NCBI GenBank assembly: GCA_963793265.1
Contig: CAWBZI010000004.1
Location: forward strand, 1 to 64,000
DNA length: 64,000 bases
DNA from: an uncultured cyanobacterium
Lineage (GTDB): Bacteria > Cyanobacteriota > Cyanobacteriia > Phormidesmidales > Phormidesmidaceae
Reading direction: 5' to 3'
Part shown: in pieces, positions 39,219 through 49,814 of the stretch
How the letters are laid out: every line of letters begins with the position of its first letter
How positions within the stretch are numbered: the first letter of the stretch is position 1
Translations under genes and position numbers: made by a program
Notes under the pieces: model-generated
What the model saw: the letters and a program-made list of their open reading frames with translations, nothing else
Told to the model about the DNA's origin: nothing
The model's database searches: none

Positions 39219-39361
39219 TGCCTAATAATCGGTGGGACGGCTTAAGTAATTTGCCGTGCCTGTTTTACGTATTTCCAGCAGCATAGAAGGATACGACGCA
39301 TGACCTATCTGTCCTCAGATAGCTCTTAAAGTCTTTCTTTGGATAGCTCTTTATAGCCCAA

Positions 39362-40051
39362 TCAACCTTCAACAGCCCAAGTCGCCACCGGCAAGCTCGC
39401 CCCGCTTAGCCCGCGCACAATCCGATCTTCACAAGGCTCTAGCACCCCATCTGCATCAGCAAACACCACAAACAGCGGATGCGGCGTTTCTGTCCCTTCG
39501 GCTAGCAAATGTCGATGCTTTCTCGGCATTACCCACTCCACACCCTGCCCCAGCTCTACCTGAGTCTGCCGCCAGCGCATCAGTAAATCAGACAGCTCCT
39601 CACCGGGCCGCTGAATAAATAGCACAATCTCAATCCCCGTTTTAATTTTCCACTCGGGGTCACACATCATCAGTGCCACATCGCATGGAAGCTGGCGGAT
39701 ACGGTAGCGCGTGTCGATAATGCCGCTCGTCTCTGACGTCTCACGGCTGCGCACATTTGGCAGTGGAACAGCGACCATGCTTTGATCGGGGCGTCGAACG
39801 CTAGGAAGCGCCTCGAAGTAGGGGCGGTGCTGCATTAAAACAGACAAAATACCGTCGTAGTGACAGCATTCTGCTAATAACGCTTCATAGGCGGTGCGCT
39901 GCCAGCGATATATCTGCTCGTCCGTCTCTGAGTCATCGGGGGCGATGTCGCTGGGTGCTATAGATGCCATGGTCTGCTGATTTTTAGCCAGTTGTCTAAC
40001 GGTGCTAGTTTGCCCAGGCAAGACCTGTAGCGGCCTGATCTGAGGCATCAC
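39362..40051 (-). CDS. conserved cyanobacterial hypothetical protein
   Basis: LPCDVALMMCDPEWKIKTG motif. Overlaps the fmt stop; start uncertain. Confidence 0.75.
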   Translation of the reverse strand: MMPQIRPLQVLPGQTSTVRQLAKNQQTMASIAPSDIAPDDSETDEQIYRWQRTAYEALLAECCHYDGILSVLMQHRPYFEALPSVRRPDQSMVAVPLPNVRSRETSETSGIIDTRYRIRQLPCDVALMMCDPEWKIKTGIEIVLFIQRPGEELSDLLMRWRQTQVELGQGVEWVMPRKHRHLLAEGTETPHPLFVVFADADGVLEPCEDRIVRGLSGASLPVATWAVEG

Positions 40052-41076
40052 GAAGCGATTGATTCGCCTACCTGCTCGCCTACCTCTACGCGGCTACCGT
40101 TCGCAAAATCCCAGCCTGACAGCGTTTTTTTGCCTGCTGGCTTTACTTCATGCAACAGCAGATGACCGTTGCCGGTTTGAACAATGGGGCCGTAGTTTTT
40201 AAGGATGGCAATTAGGGTGCCGGGCAAGCTTTCTTGACTGAGGGTGGTTGAGTTGCAGGCTGATTCGTAAAGCGATCGCATCTCCCCCAGCTCATCTGGC
40301 AGCTCATTCCAATACGCCTCACCCACTGGCACCGTCGCGATCACCTTCAGAGAATTCTCTCGAAACTGAGTTACGCAGTTGGGGTAAAAGCCGCGCACCT
40401 GATCGTGAAGCGCCTTGGCACTTTTACGCCAGTCTAGTAAATAGTCTTCTTTATTGATGAGCGGGGCGTAGGTGGCGCGATCGCTATCCTGCGACTTAGG
40501 CTGAATCGTCTGCTGCTCCAAAGCTTGCAAAGTCTTAGGCAACAAAGACGCACTCATTTGAGACAGTTTTTCAGCCACCTGCCAGGCGTTATCCAGCAGC
40601 CCAATCGGTACCGTTTCAATCATCAGCATTGGGCCAGTGTCCATACCCGCATCCATCAGCATCGTCGTTACGCCCGTTTTAACTTCGCCCTTATACAGAC
40701 ACCATTGAATCGGCGCGGCCCCACGATATTCCGGCAAAATTGAGCCATGAGCATTCACGCAGCCCAAGCGCGGCATATCCAAAATCTCCTGCGAAAGAAT
40801 TTGACCGTAGGCAATCACTACAAAAGCATCCGCGTCTAAAGCTTTCAGCTTAGCGAGGGTATCAGGGTCTTTTTTGATGCGAGCCGGTTGCCAAACAGGA
40901 ATAGCTTTATCAGCTTCAGCCGCCGCTTTGACAGGCGTTGGTGTTACTTTACCGCCGCGACCTCGACGCTTATCGGGCTGAGTGACTACAGCAAGCACCT
41001 CAAAATTAGGGTGATCAAGCAGGTGTTGAAGGCTCGGAACGGCAAATTGGGGCGTGCCGAAAAAAACAATTTTCAT
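40048..41076 (-). CDS. fmt: methionyl-tRNA formyltransferase
   Basis: FFGTPQFA, VTQPDK, NAHGSILPEYRGAAPIQ and MDAGMDTG motifs. Confidence 0.96.
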   Translation of the reverse strand: MKIVFFGTPQFAVPSLQHLLDHPNFEVLAVVTQPDKRRGRGGKVTPTPVKAAAEADKAIPVWQPARIKKDPDTLAKLKALDADAFVVIAYGQILSQEILDMPRLGCVNAHGSILPEYRGAAPIQWCLYKGEVKTGVTTMLMDAGMDTGPMLMIETVPIGLLDNAWQVAEKLSQMSASLLPKTLQALEQQTIQPKSQDSDRATYAPLINKEDYLLDWRKSAKALHDQVRGFYPNCVTQFRENSLKVIATVPVGEAYWNELPDELGEMRSLYESACNSTTLSQESLPGTLIAILKNYGPIVQTGNGHLLLHEVKPAGKKTLSGWDFANGSRVEVGEQVGESIAS

Positions 41077-41097
41077 AACAATCTGAATAGTGGTCAG

Positions 41098-42462
41098 TTA
41101 GCGGGTATCTACAAGTATTTCAATGCGCCGGTTGCGCTGCCTGCCTGTGTCTTCATCGTTGCTCTCCACCGGCAGAGACTGACCGCCGCCCACTGCAACC
41201 CAGCGATAAGTGCCCGGCAAAGATGCCTTTAGATAAACGCTTAAAGCATTCGCCTGAGCCAGCGTATAGTCTCGGCTGTCGCTGGGAGTCGCCTGATCGT
41301 CACTGTAGCTACGAACCACAATAGTTGACTCAGGATAGTTCACTAGCTGGTCTAATACTTGCTTAAGCAGTGCGTTTTCCTTCAGCTCGCTTTGCCCCGG
41401 ACTGAACAAGGCGTCGCTGGGCAGCGTGATTCGGAGCCTAGCAACGTCTAGCAGCGTATCGTTTGGATCTATCGGCGTGGGTGTGTAGTCGTCAGGGTTG
41501 AGGGGCGATCGCACGGGTGGATCAATCGCCGTCCGCAGCGAATTCAGCCGATTATCAATATCTGCTCCCTCATAAGGTGGCCTGCCTAACTGCTGCTCTA
41601 GCGTCTCCATTCGCCGATCTAGCGTCAGAATCTCTGTCTCAATCGAATTTAGCTCATCAATCAACGGCTGGCGTTCAATCGGAGAAAGCTCAACAGGCTC
41701 AATCACAGGGCCGGTATTCGGCAGTGGAATCGCTTCAATTCGCGTTTCAACCGTAGGCGTTTGCCAGAGCTGCCCGATGTGAAAAAGGCGGCTAGTTAAG
41801 CGACTGGATTTTCGTAAAAAAGCTTCTTGCAAAGGCGGTTTTTCAAAGTTACCAGGCAGAAATTGGGCAACTAAGAGGCCAAAGAGCCAGGCTGTTGTGA
41901 CAGTGCCGCTGAAGGCTGCAAGGTGAGCGATCGCTAAATAAGGCTGCTTTTGCCACCAGGCTTTCGGTATTGGCTGTGGCAGTGGAGCCGGAACAAACAC
42001 CGTAGTGCCATCTACCGGATTGACCACATACTGACCTAGCTCTCCGGTAGGCCCAACCGATTGCCCAGCCGGTTGCCCGGCCTGCTGATAGTCTGATAGC
42101 GCCTCGGGTTGAGCAACTTCCTTCTTAGACCAGGGCCAGCGAATGCCTTTTTTTTCCTGAGGCGGCGTTAGCGGTACTGGTGGCTGAAGCGTAGTAACAG
42201 GCGTTGGAATAGAAGTAGGCGCACCGCCAGCACGGCTATCCCCAGCCGAAAAAAAGGGTACTGAAGTCGGCCCTTTCTCAGGAACCTCGTCCGAAATTAG
42301 CCGATCTTCGTCATAGCGATCGAGTTCGTCGTAAGGATTCGTCTCTCGGCTGAGTATCGGTCGCCCAGAGCTACTACCAGCGCTATTGCCAAAGTCATCA
42401 GCAGAACTATCACCAGAGAGATCGCCTATACCCGTATCTCTCAACTCTGGCCCATCGGCCAT
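41098..42462 (-). CDS. single-TM protein with C-terminal OmpA/MotB-like domain
   Basis: ITLPSDALF and GRQRNRRIEI motifs, with a TM helix and coiled coil. Confidence 0.85.
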   Translation of the reverse strand: MADGPELRDTGIGDLSGDSSADDFGNSAGSSSGRPILSRETNPYDELDRYDEDRLISDEVPEKGPTSVPFFSAGDSRAGGAPTSIPTPVTTLQPPVPLTPPQEKKGIRWPWSKKEVAQPEALSDYQQAGQPAGQSVGPTGELGQYVVNPVDGTTVFVPAPLPQPIPKAWWQKQPYLAIAHLAAFSGTVTTAWLFGLLVAQFLPGNFEKPPLQEAFLRKSSRLTSRLFHIGQLWQTPTVETRIEAIPLPNTGPVIEPVELSPIERQPLIDELNSIETEILTLDRRMETLEQQLGRPPYEGADIDNRLNSLRTAIDPPVRSPLNPDDYTPTPIDPNDTLLDVARLRITLPSDALFSPGQSELKENALLKQVLDQLVNYPESTIVVRSYSDDQATPSDSRDYTLAQANALSVYLKASLPGTYRWVAVGGGQSLPVESNDEDTGRQRNRRIEILVDTR

Positions 42463-42492
42463 AAGCTGGCCTCCTGTTAATCACAGCCCGCT

Positions 42493-43974
42493 TTACTCGT
42501 AGTAGCTCCAGCCCCACCAGGGGCTCACTTCTACCACGCCGCGCTCTGTAAATACTACTCGGTAATCTACCGAAGGCGTATCTTCGGGCGCAGATTCTAC
42601 CAGCTCGGGCAGCGGCGTTTCGTCAATAGCTTTGGCTGCATCTGAGCCGACTGCCTGATAGCCAGTCACCGTACCGTCTTCGTTCATCCGCACCCGGTAG
42701 GTTGCTGCGTCTCTGCCTACTCTGGGCTGCTCGCGGTTGTCAACGATTGTGCGCTTAAGCTGATTGTTGAGCGCTTCAACCTCTGTGTAGTTATTGAGCG
42801 TTGTCGGTGGCTCATCCGAGAAATTATCGCTACTGCTACTCGCAACCGGGCGGCTGTCAGTAGGGTCTTTAGCCTCAACCTTACTAGGCTCTATATCCTC
42901 TGTTGGCTCGACCTTCTCTTCAGGCAAAGTAGCGACTGTATTCGCTGTCTGTAATGGAGAAACTTCCACCCCATCGGTGTCAAAGTCAACGCTGTACTCA
43001 GCGATCGCATTCTCTTCTAGCCCTTCTACACCCGCATTCGCACTCGCCAATCGCGGTAGCGGCGTCTTATCGACATCGCGCAGCGCCGCGTCGTTATCAA
43101 ACTGAAAACCAACTACCTCGCCTGCTTCATTCACCGCCACCTGATAGGCCAGCGGATCGGCAAAGTTAGCATCCGCGTCTGCGCCCTCTTCAAGCTGCGT
43201 CTGTAAGCTTTCCTGAAGCCGCGCTATCTCATCTTCATCCGTAATTCTGGGTGCATCTTCCCACAGCGCGCTAGACATATTCGCAGCGGCAATCCCATCT
43301 ACAGTCGGCGGTGAGCCATCTCCACCCGGCGGCTCGGCCCCGTCAATATCTGCGGTTTGGATCACCTCACCCGCGCGGCCTTCCACCGCCGGATCGCGCA
43401 TCTCGGGCAGTGGCACTAGGCCAATCACCATCGTTGCGGCCACTAAGCTACCGACACCCAAAATAGCGGGCAGGGCGCGATCGCTCAACGGCTCATCGCT
43501 GCGCACAAACCTGCGCGGCAAAGGTGAAAGCCCAGGCGCTAGCTCAGGCAGCGTCTGATTGTCATCAAAAAACTGATCGACCGCCTCAGTCAAATCAAAA
43601 AGCTGCACCGACGACAGCTTAATATCGATCGCCCGGCCATCCCCCGAATCACCAAGATCGGCAATTTCAGGCTGTATCACCAAATGATGATACGGCCCAT
43701 CGCCCGGATTGATGTGCACCAGTAAAGGCTCGCCCTCAATGACTTGAGGATGCGCAAAGCCGCTGAGCACTTCTTGAGAATACTGGCTGACTGCACGCAC
43801 CAGTGCGGCGAAGAAATTATAGCCACCGTTGAGCGATCGCTCCAGCCCGCTAATCCGACACTCCGCATTCACCAGCAGCGACATTGTTTCTTCACTACTC
43901 GCTTGAGGATCAATGCTCAAACCATCCAAAATCAAACTGCAATTAGGCAGTTGATACTGTCTGCGAATCGTCAT
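42493..43974 (-). CDS. DUF4335 family protein with duplicated C-terminal domain
   Basis: RQYQLPNCSLILDG and VQLFDLTEAVDQF motifs, one TM, two repeats each ending VEVSP. Confidence 0.8.
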   Translation of the reverse strand: MTIRRQYQLPNCSLILDGLSIDPQASSEETMSLLVNAECRISGLERSLNGGYNFFAALVRAVSQYSQEVLSGFAHPQVIEGEPLLVHINPGDGPYHHLVIQPEIADLGDSGDGRAIDIKLSSVQLFDLTEAVDQFFDDNQTLPELAPGLSPLPRRFVRSDEPLSDRALPAILGVGSLVAATMVIGLVPLPEMRDPAVEGRAGEVIQTADIDGAEPPGGDGSPPTVDGIAAANMSSALWEDAPRITDEDEIARLQESLQTQLEEGADADANFADPLAYQVAVNEAGEVVGFQFDNDAALRDVDKTPLPRLASANAGVEGLEENAIAEYSVDFDTDGVEVSPLQTANTVATLPEEKVEPTEDIEPSKVEAKDPTDSRPVASSSSDNFSDEPPTTLNNYTEVEALNNQLKRTIVDNREQPRVGRDAATYRVRMNEDGTVTGYQAVGSDAAKAIDETPLPELVESAPEDTPSVDYRVVFTERGVVEVSPWWGWSYYE

Positions 43975-44582
43975 GACACTTCTCCATCAAAAAGGCTTAT
44001 CCAGAGGCGATCTGCGCCATCTGTGCCCGTGCAAAATAATAATTTGGTCAATAGCTCAATCGCCAGCTCATTCAGCTTTTCATCCGTGCTGTAGGCAATC
44101 ACCCCAGAGCGCTTCGCATTCATCCGCGCTCGAAAGTGAGAGCGAAAGCGCGCCAAATAATCCGATAGCCTGAAGTGATGATCAAAAGACAAATCCTGAT
44201 CGTTCAACTGCTGATAGCCCAGCAAAAGCTGCCGAATCAACACGGTCAGCCGCTTCGCCAAAAAGCAGGTAATCAGCACCAGCGCCTTCCCTTCGTCTTG
44301 AGACATCGGCTGACGCTGGCTAAATCGCCGCAACGGGTTGCTACTGCGCAGTAGCCACAAATTGACGCGGCCTCGAATGACCTCTTCTAGGCCCAGCTCA
44401 CGGGCCGAGGCCAGCATCGCTTCAGCCCCGCCTAAGTCCAGCGCTTCAATCGCTAGTAGCATAAGGTCAAGCTGCGTCTTAGCCCGCCGGGAGCACTCGC
44501 TAGGCAGTCCTTCAGGCGTGCTTAGCTGGTCAATAAGCTGGAGCTGTGACGATTGGGCAGTAGGGGGACTCTGTACTTGCAT
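43971..44582 (-). CDS. DUF3038 family protein
   Basis: QLDLMLLAIEAL, LRSSNPLRR and LLFCTG...RLWISL motifs. Confidence 0.85.
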   Translation of the reverse strand: MQVQSPPTAQSSQLQLIDQLSTPEGLPSECSRRAKTQLDLMLLAIEALDLGGAEAMLASARELGLEEVIRGRVNLWLLRSSNPLRRFSQRQPMSQDEGKALVLITCFLAKRLTVLIRQLLLGYQQLNDQDLSFDHHFRLSDYLARFRSHFRARMNAKRSGVIAYSTDEKLNELAIELLTKLLFCTGTDGADRLWISLFDGEVS

Positions 44583-45015
44583 ACGATTGGCGACTATTCA
44601 CTCAGAGGTCTTATCAAAACATATTTGTGGGTAATTCAGGTATCACCTATTCACAAGACTTATGAGATTTAGTCTTATGTACAGGCCCCAAATACCAGAT
44701 GAAAGCCATTATCAAAGAATTCTCTTGGGAGAATTCTCACTAGAAAGCAAAAAGGCATCCGTCAAAGTCAAGTTGAGTGCTAAGGCTCAACGCTACTCCT
44801 TTGATAAAGTTGCCCGAAACGTTGCCCTGACATAACAACATCTCTTGATTTCATTTAAAAAAATATAAATGTAGACAGAGCCAGATTTAGACCCTTATCT
44901 GCTGTGAATATTGAAAAAGATGTGTTAAAGACCTTGCATAGTACCGTCTGACGCAAAAACTAAAGCTATGTTCCGACGCTTAATAGAGTGAAACATTCTT
45001 TAATCGCCTTTTGGT

Positions 45016-47352
45016 TTAATTCCCAGCGGAAATGCCGTTTATCAGCCAGTTCTCATCCTGACGAATCAGCTCGTAGTTCACCGTCACCGTGTCATCTGTG
45101 TAGGAAGGTGGGCTGCCTAACGCCTCACCATTCTTAAAGAACTCAGCCGATTCAGTTACCTGCGCCTGGACATCTAACCTGTCCGCGCCCGTAGCATCTT
45201 CAGGCTCTACAGAAATAATCGTCACCGGCTCATCGCTGTAGCTATAGTCAACGGTGACGCCTTCTGCCTCTACCGAAGCCACATCGCCTTGAGTGTCATT
45301 GAGCGGTGAACCTGCTAAGACGCTGCTAAGCTCGCTGGTGTCATAGTCGCCTGTATAGGCAGATGGCTTAATGTCTAACCACTGGTTAATAGTGGCTCTG
45401 GCAATTCCAGCAGCATCGCTTGGCAGTACAGAATCAGCACTAGGCGCTGTTGCTTCTAGCGGCACTACAGGTTCATTAATACTCACATCATTCAGCGGCT
45501 CATCCTGAATATTAGGGCCGTTACCCCCGCCTACCAGGCTAATAATGCTCCTCGCCAACAGTAGCGCCAGCAGCAGAAGGGAAAATCCAGCCAGAATTAC
45601 AATTGCCAGCCGTCCCCACTTAGGAGAAGGGGCGTTGCGCCGATTACGCCGACCTCTGCTCGCGCCACTGCCTACCATACCTGTGCGAATGCCACGATCA
45701 GACGTGCGATCTGGCGGAATGGGTAAGGCCGCGCCTCTAGATCCAGAGGACGTAGCGTCCGAATCCCGCGAAAGCTGACCATTAGGTGAGAGCCGGGATA
45801 TTTTCTCAGCAATATTAGCCGATCCGACTAGGCCCGCCACGCCCGCAGCACCCGCAGCGCCCACTGCACCAATCCGGCTACCTAAGGTCTGACTGTTAGC
45901 AGCAGACTTACCGAGAACCGATGATCCGGTATAGCTAGCATCTTGCGGCGAGGCACCGACTTGACCCGTCACACTAAAGGGATTTTGGCTCCCTGGTGTT
46001 GTCGTTCTTTCTTGAAGCAGTGTGCTAGTACCCACGTTCTGAGAACCGACACTTTGACCGACACCTGTAGCCACTTCCTGCGACTCCCAGCCTGACTGCC
46101 GGTTGTTCCGCTCGTTTTCTAACGGCAGATTCTCTAAGTAGCTCTGCACCGTGCTGTCTGCGAAATAATCTTTGAGCGTAGCGGGCTCCTGATCGAGATC
46201 GCGAAAGAATGGAAAGACCTCTTGCTGAAGCCAGTTTTCTGCATACAGGCACAGTCCTGGCAGTAGATCAGGCGATCCCTGTGAGTGTTCGCGGATGAAC
46301 GCCAGCGGATCGTACTCCTGAGAAAGCTCTAGGGCGCGGCTGGCTTCTTCAGTTTGGCCCAGGAGCACTGCGCACACGGCCTGCTCTAGATGAACATCTT
46401 GGCGACCGCTCAGGCGCAGCAGCATTTGCTTGGCCCTGCGAATCAAGGCGGGCTGGTGCTGAGCAAAGCCACGAGCGAGTAGGGCATATACGGCTAAATA
46501 GGTACCCACCGCAGAAGGTCGCTGAGCTTCTGCTTCAAACACTTCTTGCTGTTCAGCGGCGGTAAGATAGCCCCGAAGCTGCTGCACAAATCTGAGAAAA
46601 TCATCGACGCCTAAACCCGATAAATCGTCTTCAGCGCCGTCGATGCCGCCTCTGTCTTGAAGCATTCCGCGCAAAAGGTTGACGCCTTCTTGACGCGATC
46701 GCCCCTGATCCAAAGGCCGCGCAATCAGCTCCAAACACCGATAGGGCCGCAGCTTATACAAATCCGCCTGAATCTCAGCTCTGAGCACTGGAAACAGATC
46801 TTCTTTAATCAAAAGCTCTCGCCCAGTCTCTAACGACTCAGCGGCGTGCTCATAGTGATTTTGCTGCCATTCTTCGCGCCCTAGCTCCAGACAGGCCACG
46901 GCCAGCGTCAGCATAATATCGGGTAGCTCTGGCTGCTCTTTAAGCGCCTGCCCTTCGGGCGTATGCACGTCGCGCTTCAGGTAGGGGCGACCCAAACGCA
47001 GAACCAGTTCGTACTCACCTAGCTCTAGCAGAATCAGCAGTGCGCCGACGAGCTGACTATTTTCGATTTCAATTGTCGGGGCGCTAACTTCGGCATCATC
47101 CGTGCCGTTATTAGGGCTGGCGCTTTTCGTCGAAGAGGCCAAAAATTCCTGGTCGTATTCAGCCCGGCGAATGCTGTCACCCAGCACACTATACGCCGCG
47201 TCTAAAAGCTGCCGACGGGCGTCTATGGCGAGTTCTGAATACTCGCGTCTGGGGACTTGCAGGGTGCGATCACGATGAGACTGCTTAAGCTGCTCAGCCG
47301 TCGCCTGAATCGGCAAACCCAAAATTCGGTAATAGTCCAGCGGAATTCGCAC
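45016..47352 (-). CDS. ftn2: cell division protein Ftn2/ZipN (ARC6 homologue)
   Basis: MRIPLDYYRILG J-like domain, LPGLCLYAENWL, a TM segment and a C-terminal IMS/DUF4101-like domain. Confidence 0.92.
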   Translation of the reverse strand: MRIPLDYYRILGLPIQATAEQLKQSHRDRTLQVPRREYSELAIDARRQLLDAAYSVLGDSIRRAEYDQEFLASSTKSASPNNGTDDAEVSAPTIEIENSQLVGALLILLELGEYELVLRLGRPYLKRDVHTPEGQALKEQPELPDIMLTLAVACLELGREEWQQNHYEHAAESLETGRELLIKEDLFPVLRAEIQADLYKLRPYRCLELIARPLDQGRSRQEGVNLLRGMLQDRGGIDGAEDDLSGLGVDDFLRFVQQLRGYLTAAEQQEVFEAEAQRPSAVGTYLAVYALLARGFAQHQPALIRRAKQMLLRLSGRQDVHLEQAVCAVLLGQTEEASRALELSQEYDPLAFIREHSQGSPDLLPGLCLYAENWLQQEVFPFFRDLDQEPATLKDYFADSTVQSYLENLPLENERNNRQSGWESQEVATGVGQSVGSQNVGTSTLLQERTTTPGSQNPFSVTGQVGASPQDASYTGSSVLGKSAANSQTLGSRIGAVGAAGAAGVAGLVGSANIAEKISRLSPNGQLSRDSDATSSGSRGAALPIPPDRTSDRGIRTGMVGSGASRGRRNRRNAPSPKWGRLAIVILAGFSLLLLALLLARSIISLVGGGNGPNIQDEPLNDVSINEPVVPLEATAPSADSVLPSDAAGIARATINQWLDIKPSAYTGDYDTSELSSVLAGSPLNDTQGDVASVEAEGVTVDYSYSDEPVTIISVEPEDATGADRLDVQAQVTESAEFFKNGEALGSPPSYTDDTVTVNYELIRQDENWLINGISAGN

Positions 47353-47676
47353 TCTTTATATCCCCAGCCATTAAAGCCAATCTTTATAGATAAAACTGCT
47401 TATCAGTCGATAATCGCTATCAAACGTAGCGCAAATTAGGTCTGAAGCTCAATGATTCCAAGCTTCAATACACAGCTCTGATATAACAACTACTTGCAAA
47501 TACTATATCTATCCAGCAAGTTTATTAACTATTTTAGAAAGTGAATGTAACTCTCGCATAGCTTTAGGCCCCACATCCTATTTGTCAAGACCTTTTGGCC
47601 TGGCCTATTTGTGGAAGGTAGAGAACCTACTATGATGATTCGTAGCTAAATGACAAGGACACACGGACACAAATCT

Positions 47677-48705
47677 ATGGTTCAGGAAAGACCGCTACCG
47701 ATATTTCAAGCGCCTGAGTCCCAGGTGACCCGAGACGAAGGACTGCGGGTCTACGAAGATATGCTGCTAGGTCGCTACTTTGAGGACAAGTGCGCCGAGC
47801 TATATCAGCGTGGCAAAGTCAAAGGATTTGTGCATCTATACAACGGACAGGAAGCGGTTTGCTCAGGCGTTGTCAAAGCCATGAGATCGGATGACTACGT
47901 ATGCAGCACCTATCGCGATCACGTTCACGCGCTTAGTGCAGGCGTCAGCGCGCGCGCGGTCATGGCCGAATTATTTGGGAAAGAAACCGGGTGCAGCAAG
48001 GGCCGAGGGGGCTCTATGCATATGTTTTCAAAGGAGCACAATATGCTCGGCGGCTTTGCCTTTATCGGTGAAGGTATTCCGGTGGCCTTGGGCGCAGCTT
48101 TTCAAACCCGCTATCGCCGCGACGCGCTCGGTGAAGCTGGGGCCGATCAGGTCACAGCCGCATTTTTTGGCGATGGCACGACTAATAACGGTCAGTTCTT
48201 TGAGTGTTTGAACATGGCGGCGCTGTGGAAGCTACCGATTCTGTTCGTGGTTGAAAACAATAAGTGGGCGATCGGTATGGCCCACGAGCGGGCGACTTCG
48301 CAGCCAGAAATTTATAAGAAAGCCAGCGTCTTCGGGATGCCTGGCTACGAGGTAGATGGCATGGACGTGCTAGCCGTTCGAGCCGCTGCTAAGACGGCGA
48401 TTGAGCGGGCGCGGGCGGGTGAGGGGCCGACGCTTTTGGAATGCCTGACCTATCGGTATCGCGGGCATTCGGTGGCTGATCCTGATGAGCTGCGGCCTGC
48501 TGAGGAGAAGAAATTTTGGCGCGATCGCGATCCCATTAAACGCTTTGAAGCCTACCTGCTAGAGCAAGATCTGGCCAACGAGAGCGATCTCAAAGCCCTC
48601 CGCGACAAAATCACCGAAGTCGTCGAAGACTCGCTCACCTTTGCCGAAGAGAGCCCCGAGCCCAGCCCCGCCGATTTGTACAAATATATTTTTGCTGAAG
48701 ACTAA
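47677..48705 (+). CDS. pdhA: pyruvate dehydrogenase E1 alpha
   Basis: [24 protein letters not shown] and YRYRGHS motifs. Confidence 0.96.
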   Translation: MVQERPLPIFQAPESQVTRDEGLRVYEDMLLGRYFEDKCAELYQRGKVKGFVHLYNGQEAVCSGVVKAMRSDDYVCSTYRDHVHALSAGVSARAVMAELFGKETGCSKGRGGSMHMFSKEHNMLGGFAFIGEGIPVALGAAFQTRYRRDALGEAGADQVTAAFFGDGTTNNGQFFECLNMAALWKLPILFVVENNKWAIGMAHERATSQPEIYKKASVFGMPGYEVDGMDVLAVRAAAKTAIERARAGEGPTLLECLTYRYRGHSVADPDELRPAEEKKFWRDRDPIKRFEAYLLEQDLANESDLKALRDKITEVVEDSLTFAEESPEPSPADLYKYIFAED

Positions 48706-48711
48706 ATCCCC

Positions 48712-49695
48712 ATGGCACAAACCTTTCTATTCGACGCCCTCCGCGAAGCTATTGACGAGGAAATGTCCCGAGATCAAACCGTCATGGTCATGGGTGAAGA
48801 TGTCGGCCAGTACGGCGGCTCTTACAAAGTCACCAAAGACCTCTACGACAAATACGGCGAACTGCGCGTACTCGACACCCCGATTGCCGAAAATAGCTTT
48901 TGCGGCATGGGCATCGGCGCGGCCATGACCGGCCTGCGCCCGATTATCGAAGGCATGAACATGGGCTTTTTGCTCCTCGCCTTCAACCAAATCTCTAACA
49001 ACGCTGGAATGCTCCGCTACACCTCTGGCGGCAACTTCAAAATTCCAGTGGTCATTCGCGGCCCTGGCGGCGTCGGCTCTCAGCTCGGCGCAGAGCACTC
49101 CCAGCGCCTAGAAGCCTACTTCCAGGCCGTCCCCGGTCTAAAAATCGTCGCCTGCTCCACCCCGCGCAACGCCAAAGGTCTGCTTAAAGCCGCCATTCGC
49201 GACGACAACCCTGTCTTATTTTTTGAGCACGTCTTGCTTTACTTCAATAAAGAAGATTTGCCCGACGATGAATACATCCTGCCGCTAGACAAAGCTGAAA
49301 CCGTGCGCTCCGGTAAAGATGTCACGATTTTGACCTACTCCCGAATGCGCTATCACGTGATGCAGGCCGTTGAGTCATTGGAGAAAAAAGGCTATGACCC
49401 CGAAGTCATTGATTTGATTTCACTTAAGCCCATTGACTACGAAACCATCGGTGAGTCTATTCGTAAAACGCATCGGGTGATTATTGTTGAAGAATGCATG
49501 AGAACCGGCGGCATTGCAGCCGAAATTATCGCGTCTATTAACGATCGCTTCTTCGACGAACTTGATGGCCCGGTAATTCGCATGTCGTCACAAGATATTC
49601 CCACGCCCTATAACAAAGGGCTAGAAGATCTGACGATTGTGCAGCCCGCACAGATTGAAGAGGCCGTGGAGAAAATTATGCAAGGACGGCTGTAG
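48712..49695 (+). CDS. pdhB: pyruvate dehydrogenase E1 beta
   Basis: GEDVG, DTPIAE, GAEHSQ and NPVLFFEH motifs. Confidence 0.96.
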   Translation: MAQTFLFDALREAIDEEMSRDQTVMVMGEDVGQYGGSYKVTKDLYDKYGELRVLDTPIAENSFCGMGIGAAMTGLRPIIEGMNMGFLLLAFNQISNNAGMLRYTSGGNFKIPVVIRGPGGVGSQLGAEHSQRLEAYFQAVPGLKIVACSTPRNAKGLLKAAIRDDNPVLFFEHVLLYFNKEDLPDDEYILPLDKAETVRSGKDVTILTYSRMRYHVMQAVESLEKKGYDPEVIDLISLKPIDYETIGESIRKTHRVIIVEECMRTGGIAAEIIASINDRFFDELDGPVIRMSSQDIPTPYNKGLEDLTIVQPAQIEEAVEKIMQGRL

Positions 49696-49814
49696 AAGCG
49701 GTCACAATTCATCAACCTTTTTGCCTCAGTCACAACGATTGAGGCATTTTGGTATTACGATACTTAACTGCACCGGGCTCCACTATCAGCTCGAAAATTT
49801 TTAACATGGATTCT

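Noticed and set aside
39219..39361. glutamine riboswitch upstream of the recombinase-domain gene
   Set aside because: Core glnA-motif sequences were not found; only a short AAGAGCTATC direct repeat.
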